Position numbers and translations under genes: made by a program
Shown here: piece by piece, positions 59,662-64,000 of the stretch
Position numbering within the stretch: the first letter of the stretch is position 1
Layout: every line of letters starts with the position of its first letter
Assembly: GCA_958428295.1 (NCBI GenBank)
Contig: CAUAFL010000007.1
Coordinates: forward strand, 2,250-66,249
Direction: 5' to 3'
DNA from: an uncultured Bacillota bacterium
GTDB taxonomy: Bacteria; Bacillota_I; Bacilli_A; RF39; UBA660
DNA length: 64,000 nt
The notes under the pieces: model-generated
Database searches by the model: none
Seen by the model: only the letters and a program-made list of their open reading frames with translations
Told to the model about the DNA's origin: nothing

Positions 59662-62470
59662 TTTTAAAAAAATAGAAAAAAAATGGAGAAGTTATTGGGA
59701 AGAAAATAAAACTTTCGAAACAAATGTATGGGATTTTAGTAAGCCAAAATACTATGTCTTAGATATGTTTCCTTATCCTTCAGGAGTTGGACTTCATGCT
59801 GGTCATATTGAAGGATATACAGCAACAGATATTATCTCACGCATGAAACGGATGCAAGGCTATAATGTTCTTCATCCAATGGGGTATGACTCTTTTGGTT
59901 TACCGGCTGAACAATATGCAGTAAATACGGGAAATCACCCTAATGGTTTTACCCAAGAAAATATAAAAACGTTTACTAATCAATTAAAATCCGTAGGCTT
60001 TGATTACGATTGGAGCAAAATGGTACAGACAAGTGATCCTAATTTTTATAAATGGACCCAATGGATATTTAAACAATTATACTTAGATGGTTATGCCAAG
60101 TATATTGATATGCCTGTCAATTGGTGTGAAGAATTAGGAACAGTTCTTTCTAATGATGAAATCATTGACGGTAAAAGTGAACGTGGTGGCTATCCTGTGA
60201 TTAGAAAAAATATGAAACAGTGGATTATTGATCAGGCTGCTTTTGCTGAAAAATTATTAGCAGGATTAGAGGAAATTGATTGGCCAGAATCAACAAAAGA
60301 AATGCAACGTAATTGGATTGGAAAATCAGTTGGAGCTAAGGTAACATTTCAAATAAAAGACTTCGATGAATCGTTTACAGTTTTTACTACTCGATGTGAT
60401 ACTTTATTTGGAGCTACCTATTGTGTGATGGCACCAGAACATCCACTAGTCAATAAAATTACTAGTCTTAACCAAAAAGAAGCAGTCATCGCTTATCAAC
60501 AGGAATGTGCTAAAAAAAGTGATTTGGAAAGAACAGAATTAAATAAAGAAAAAACAGGCGTTTTTACAGGAGCTTATGCTATTAATCCAGTGAATCAACA
60601 AGCTATTCCTATTTATATTTCAGACTATGTTTTAGCAAGTTATGGAACAGGGGCAATTATGGCAGTACCAGCGCATGATGATCGAGATTATCAATTTGCT
60701 AAGAAATTTTCTATTCCAATTGTTCAAGTTTTAGAAGAAGTAACCGGTACTCCACAACAACAAGAAAAAAACAAACAATCTATTGTAGCTATCGTTCATG
60801 ACCCTAAAACAGATCGCTATCTGACTATTAATTGGAAAGAAAAAGGTGGCCGTTTGTTTGTTGGTGGAACAAGAAAAGAAGGTGAAAGCGCCTCTTCTTG
60901 TGCACTAAGAGAAATCGCTGAGGAAACTGGGTATACGGATCTCAATTTAATAGCAGAGGATTTTAAAATTAGACACCATTACTATGCTTATAATAAAGAT
61001 CAATATTTTAGCATTGAAGCAACACCACTCTTGTTTGAATTAAAAAGCGACCAACAACAAGCTCAGGCTTTAGATGAGGATGAAGATTTTGAAGTAGAGT
61101 GGGTTTCTAAAGAAATTATTGAAAAAGAAATAATAGATGCTCTCCATCAGAAAGCTTTTGCCTATGTATTAAATCCCAATGCTATGTGCGGCGATGGCAT
61201 TCACATTAATTCCGATTTTTTAAACGGTCTAAATAAGGAACAAGCAATTAATAAAATGCTAGATTGGTTAGAAACTCATCATTGTGGTCATAAAGAAATA
61301 AATTATCGTCTTAGAGAATGGATTTTTGCCCGACAACGTTATTGGGGAGAACCAGTACCAATTGTTTATCTAGAAGATGGCCAAATTCATGTTTTAAGTG
61401 ATGCAGAGCTTCCCTTGATTTTACCAGAACTAAAGGATTATAAAGGTCACCATGGCAAAGCTCCTCTAGAAAATGCTACAAGTTGGAAACAATATCAGCA
61501 TCAAGGATTAACAGGTGTACGGGAGACATCTACAATGCCAGGTTCAGCGGGATCTTCTTGGTATTATCTTCGCTATATTGATCCTCATAATCAGGAAATG
61601 TTTGCCAATCCCCAATTACTAAAGCACTGGATGCCAGTAGATCTTTATATTGGTGGACCAGAGCATACAGTAGGACATTTATTATATTCTCGTATTTGGA
61701 ATCACTATCTTTATGACAAAGGTTTATCACCAGTAAAAGAACCCTTTAAAAAATTGGTTCACCAAGGAATGATTTTAGGTGCAAATGGCATAAAAATGGG
61801 AAAACGCTATCCTGAATTTACTGTCGATCCTCTAGAAATCGTTGAAACCTATGGTGCTGATACACTTAGACTATATGAAATGTTTATGGGTCCTTTAGAG
61901 GCTTCTAAACCATGGAGTCCACAAGGGGTATTAGGTGCCTTTAAATTTTTAGATAGAGTGTATCGGTTATATACTACTTTCCCAATTATTGAGGAAGAAA
62001 TTCCTAATTTACAGAAGACTTATCATCAGACTGTCAAGAAAGTAACTACTGATTTTGAAAAATTAAGTTTTAATACGGCCATTAGTCAAATGATGATCTT
62101 TGTCAATGCCGTTTATAAAGAAGCAAAACTTCCTAAAATCTATGCAGATGGTTTTCTCCAACTATTAAATCCTATCGCACCGCATATCACTGAAGAACTA
62201 TGGCATACTGTGTTAAGGCACACGGAAACGATCGCTTACAGTCAGTGGCCAACCTATGAAGAGGGCTATTTAGTAGAATCTGAAAAAGTGATTGCCGTAC
62301 AAGTAAATGGAAAAGTGCGAGCAACAATTACTGTTAATCAAAATGACACTGATGACATCATTAAACAAAAAGCTTTACAGGAGACTAATGTCAAAAAACA
62401 TACAGCCGACAAGGAAATTGTTAAAGTGATTGTTATTAAAGGAAAAATTGTTAACATTGTTATTCACTAA
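59654..62470 (+). CDS. leuS: Leucyl-tRNA synthetase carrying an internal Nudix-hydrolase-like insertion
   Basis: HIGH-type motif (HAGHIEGY), CP1/editing T-rich region ([12 protein letters not shown]), [33 protein letters not shown], and a KMSKS-equivalent KMGKR. It is 938 aa, with about 151 extra residues (nt 60734..61186) containing the Nudix box [23 protein letters not shown]. Confidence 0.93.
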   Translation: MYNFKKIEKKWRSYWEENKTFETNVWDFSKPKYYVLDMFPYPSGVGLHAGHIEGYTATDIISRMKRMQGYNVLHPMGYDSFGLPAEQYAVNTGNHPNGFTQENIKTFTNQLKSVGFDYDWSKMVQTSDPNFYKWTQWIFKQLYLDGYAKYIDMPVNWCEELGTVLSNDEIIDGKSERGGYPVIRKNMKQWIIDQAAFAEKLLAGLEEIDWPESTKEMQRNWIGKSVGAKVTFQIKDFDESFTVFTTRCDTLFGATYCVMAPEHPLVNKITSLNQKEAVIAYQQECAKKSDLERTELNKEKTGVFTGAYAINPVNQQAIPIYISDYVLASYGTGAIMAVPAHDDRDYQFAKKFSIPIVQVLEEVTGTPQQQEKNKQSIVAIVHDPKTDRYLTINWKEKGGRLFVGGTRKEGESASSCALREIAEETGYTDLNLIAEDFKIRHHYYAYNKDQYFSIEATPLLFELKSDQQQAQALDEDEDFEVEWVSKEIIEKEIIDALHQKAFAYVLNPNAMCGDGIHINSDFLNGLNKEQAINKMLDWLETHHCGHKEINYRLREWIFARQRYWGEPVPIVYLEDGQIHVLSDAELPLILPELKDYKGHHGKAPLENATSWKQYQHQGLTGVRETSTMPGSAGSSWYYLRYIDPHNQEMFANPQLLKHWMPVDLYIGGPEHTVGHLLYSRIWNHYLYDKGLSPVKEPFKKLVHQGMILGANGIKMGKRYPEFTVDPLEIVETYGADTLRLYEMFMGPLEASKPWSPQGVLGAFKFLDRVYRLYTTFPIIEEEIPNLQKTYHQTVKKVTTDFEKLSFNTAISQMMIFVNAVYKEAKLPKIYADGFLQLLNPIAPHITEELWHTVLRHTETIAYSQWPTYEEGYLVESEKVIAVQVNGKVRATITVNQNDTDDIIKQKALQETNVKKHTADKEIVKVIVIKGKIVNIVIH

Positions 62471-62487
62471 AAAAATTCTATACTAAA

Positions 62488-62519
62488 AAAACTTTCTACT
62501 TTAAAATAGAAAGTTTTTT
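62488..62519. terminator. Bidirectional intrinsic terminator between convergent leuS and the LRR gene
   Basis: AAACTTTCTA-ctttaaaa-TAGAAAGTTT, flanked by an A-run upstream and a T-run downstream. Confidence 0.8.
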
Positions 62520-62565
62520 GTTGATAAATAATAGATTGAAAAGTGACACATCACTTTTCTAAAGT

Positions 62566-64000
62566 TTAAAAACGACAACCTGCTGCTTCATCAGCCCAAA
62601 CAATACTGGCATTACCACTCCAACCTGATGAATAAGTTTTACTGGCACAGCTTCCTTTTACTGTGATTATTTGACTACTACTCCAATTGGTGAATGCCAC
62701 CCCCGGAATATTTGTCCAACTACTTCCTAATTCAATAGAAGTTAGCTTAGGGCAATTTTGAAACATCTTGGTTATTTTAGTCAATTTTGAAGTATTAAAA
62801 TGGCTAACATCGAGTTGCGGCAAACTACTACAACCATTAAACATAAAAGACATATCTGTCACATTAGAGGTATTAAAGTTGCTAACATTTAAACTAGTTA
62901 AACTAGAACAGTTTGTAAACATATATACCATGTCAACTACATTAGAGGTATTAAAATTAGATAGATCTAAGCTTTTAATACTAGAACAATCTCCAAACAT
63001 ATTAGCCATATCTGTTACATTAGAAGTATCAAAACTACTAACATTTAATGTCAATAAGCTAGAGCATCCCAGAAATATAGCAGACATATCTTTTACATGA
63101 GCGGTGTTAAAACTTTGTAAATTAATCATTGTTAAGGATTCGCAATTAGCAAACATAGTAGACATATTTATTACTTTAGAGGTATTAAATTTACTAACAT
63201 CTAAATTTACTAAAGCATAACAGCTATCAAACATACTCTGCATAGTAGTAACATTTGCTGTATCAAACTTACTAACATCTAAATTCACTAATACTTCACA
63301 GTCATAAAACATATTTGACATATCCTCTACTTTAGAAGTATTAAATGAACTAATGTCTAAAGCTGTTAAATAGTAACAACCACTAAACATAGATGACATT
63401 TTTGTCACATTTGAGGTATCAAGGTTTTTTAAATTAATACTCGTTACTGCTGTAAATCCAGAAAACAGGTAACTACTATCACTATTTGCAACAATTTTCC
63501 CTTTGCCTCCCAAGGTTAATTTATAAGTACCAGCACCTTGTCCATCATCTTCCAAATAGGCAATAACATTCTTATCACCAGCTTCGGATACATCCCAATT
63601 TATGATTGCATTATTAGGTACCAAAGTATCCGTTTTAGTTGTAATACTTGTTATATTTCTTTTATACTTACTAGCATGATAATCTTCTGAAGAGTCCTCC
63701 ATATAAGCCTTCATCACGGAACTACTATGGTTAGCTACTTTTCCATAAACATTAATTCTTGTTTTATATATTAAACCGCCACCATCACCCTGTGGATTAT
63801 AATTTTCGTCTACCCATAATCTTAATCGATAATTAGTTGTCTGACTTATATCACTACTCCCCGTTAGTAAACTCATCATCGAAGCAGGTCTTCCTGTATC
63901 AGTATTTGCAGTGCTATCCTCCAAATAAGTTTTAGGGCTCATCATTTCTGTTTCTATATTTTGATGAATTTGTGTTAAATAATATTTAACATTACTTCCA
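62566..64000 (-). CDS. BspA-type leucine-rich-repeat (DUF285-like) surface protein, N-terminus beyond window
   Basis: The reading frame stays open upstream of the track's Met to nt 64000 (...GSNVKYYLTQIHQNIETEMMSPK...). Nine tandem 26-aa repeats follow the pattern LDVSxFNTSNVTDMSxMFxxCSSLxx. Confidence 0.8.
   Translation of the reverse strand, partial: GSNVKYYLTQIHQNIETEMMSPKTYLEDSTANTDTGRPASMMSLLTGSSDISQTTNYRLRLWVDENYNPQGDGGGLIYKTRINVYGKVANHSSSVMKAYMEDSSEDYHASKYKRNITSITTKTDTLVPNNAIINWDVSEAGDKNVIAYLEDDGQGAGTYKLTLGGKGKIVANSDSSYLFSGFTAVTSINLKNLDTSNVTKMSSMFSGCYYLTALDISSFNTSKVEDMSNMFYDCEVLVNLDVSKFDTANVTTMQSMFDSCYALVNLDVSKFNTSKVINMSTMFANCESLTMINLQSFNTAHVKDMSAIFLGCSSLLTLNVSSFDTSNVTDMANMFGDCSSIKSLDLSNFNTSNVVDMVYMFTNCSSLTSLNVSNFNTSNVTDMSFMFNGCSSLPQLDVSHFNTSKLTKITKMFQNCPKLTSIELGSSWTNIPGVAFTNWSSSQIITVKGSCASKTYSSGWSGNASIVWADEAAGCRF
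62737..63438 (-). repeat. Nine tandem 78-nt coding repeats (26-aa LRR units)
   Basis: 78-nt periodicity is seen directly: for example, aacatctaaatt recurs at 63196 and 63274. The repeats are in frame with the LRR ORF. Confidence 0.85.

Noticed and set aside
62768-63100. 110-aa plus-strand ORF in the track.
   Set aside because: It is a shadow ORF on the antisense strand of the LRR repeats. It is itself repetitive (LEVLKL...) and has no RBS.
62737-63438. Regular 78-nt periodic repeats that could be mistaken for a CRISPR array or a satellite.
   Set aside because: There are no unique spacers between the units. The periodicity is a multiple of 3, lies fully in frame with a long minus-strand ORF, and encodes a recognisable 26-aa LRR consensus. 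No cas genes are nearby.
1-64000. Possibility of a Mollicutes-type genetic code (TGA = Trp), given the AT-richness and loss of L30.
   Set aside because: TGA functions as the stop of ftsE, essC, pgk-downstream genes and the GT4 gene (ATGA overlaps). Conserved Trp positions are TGG. All core genes translate cleanly with code 11.

Overview
AT-rich window from a low-GC Firmicute, roughly one-third GC by eye (not computed). It uses the standard genetic code: TGA is a stop and Trp is TGG. Spo0A is present, so the organism is a spore-former or derived from one. The window is mostly core information-processing genes on the + strand: two YitT paralogs, ftsE-ftsX plus a coiled-coil M23 peptidase, uvrB, secE-nusG-rplKAJL, rpoB-rpoC, a glycolytic cluster (gap-pgk...tpiA...gpmI), spo0A, dinB, the full S10-spc-alpha ribosomal-protein cluster (rpsJ to rplQ with secY-adk-map-infA-rpmJ-rpoA), and a T-box-controlled leuS. 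Accessory material is wedged between these blocks. (1) About 7.5 kb sits between rplL and the ybxB-like methyltransferase/rpoB. It carries an SDR gene, an orphan promoter-terminator RNA unit, a hyper-acidic 80-aa protein, an EssC-type FtsK/SpoIIIE ATPase translationally coupled to a YukD/EsaB ubiquitin-like protein, and two small helical proteins without a WXG motif. This is a stripped-down T7SSb-like locus with no EssA, EssB or EsaA. (2) A nuclease / deacetylase / EEP / nucleotidase cluster follows rpoC where the str operon usually sits. (3) GNAT, flippase-like and GT4 glycolipid genes are translationally coupled inside gap-pgk-tpiA. (4) A BspA-type LRR surface protein lies at the 3' edge. 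The most unusual single gene is leuS, which contains an in-frame insert of about 151 aa with a perfect Nudix box. Other notable points are a LexA box inside the promoter of an SPL-like radical SAM gene, a Cys-rich +1-frame tail behind a DUF11-like gene joined at an A5 tract, and the absence of rpmD. All calls come from reading the sequence and ORF translations; no searches were run.
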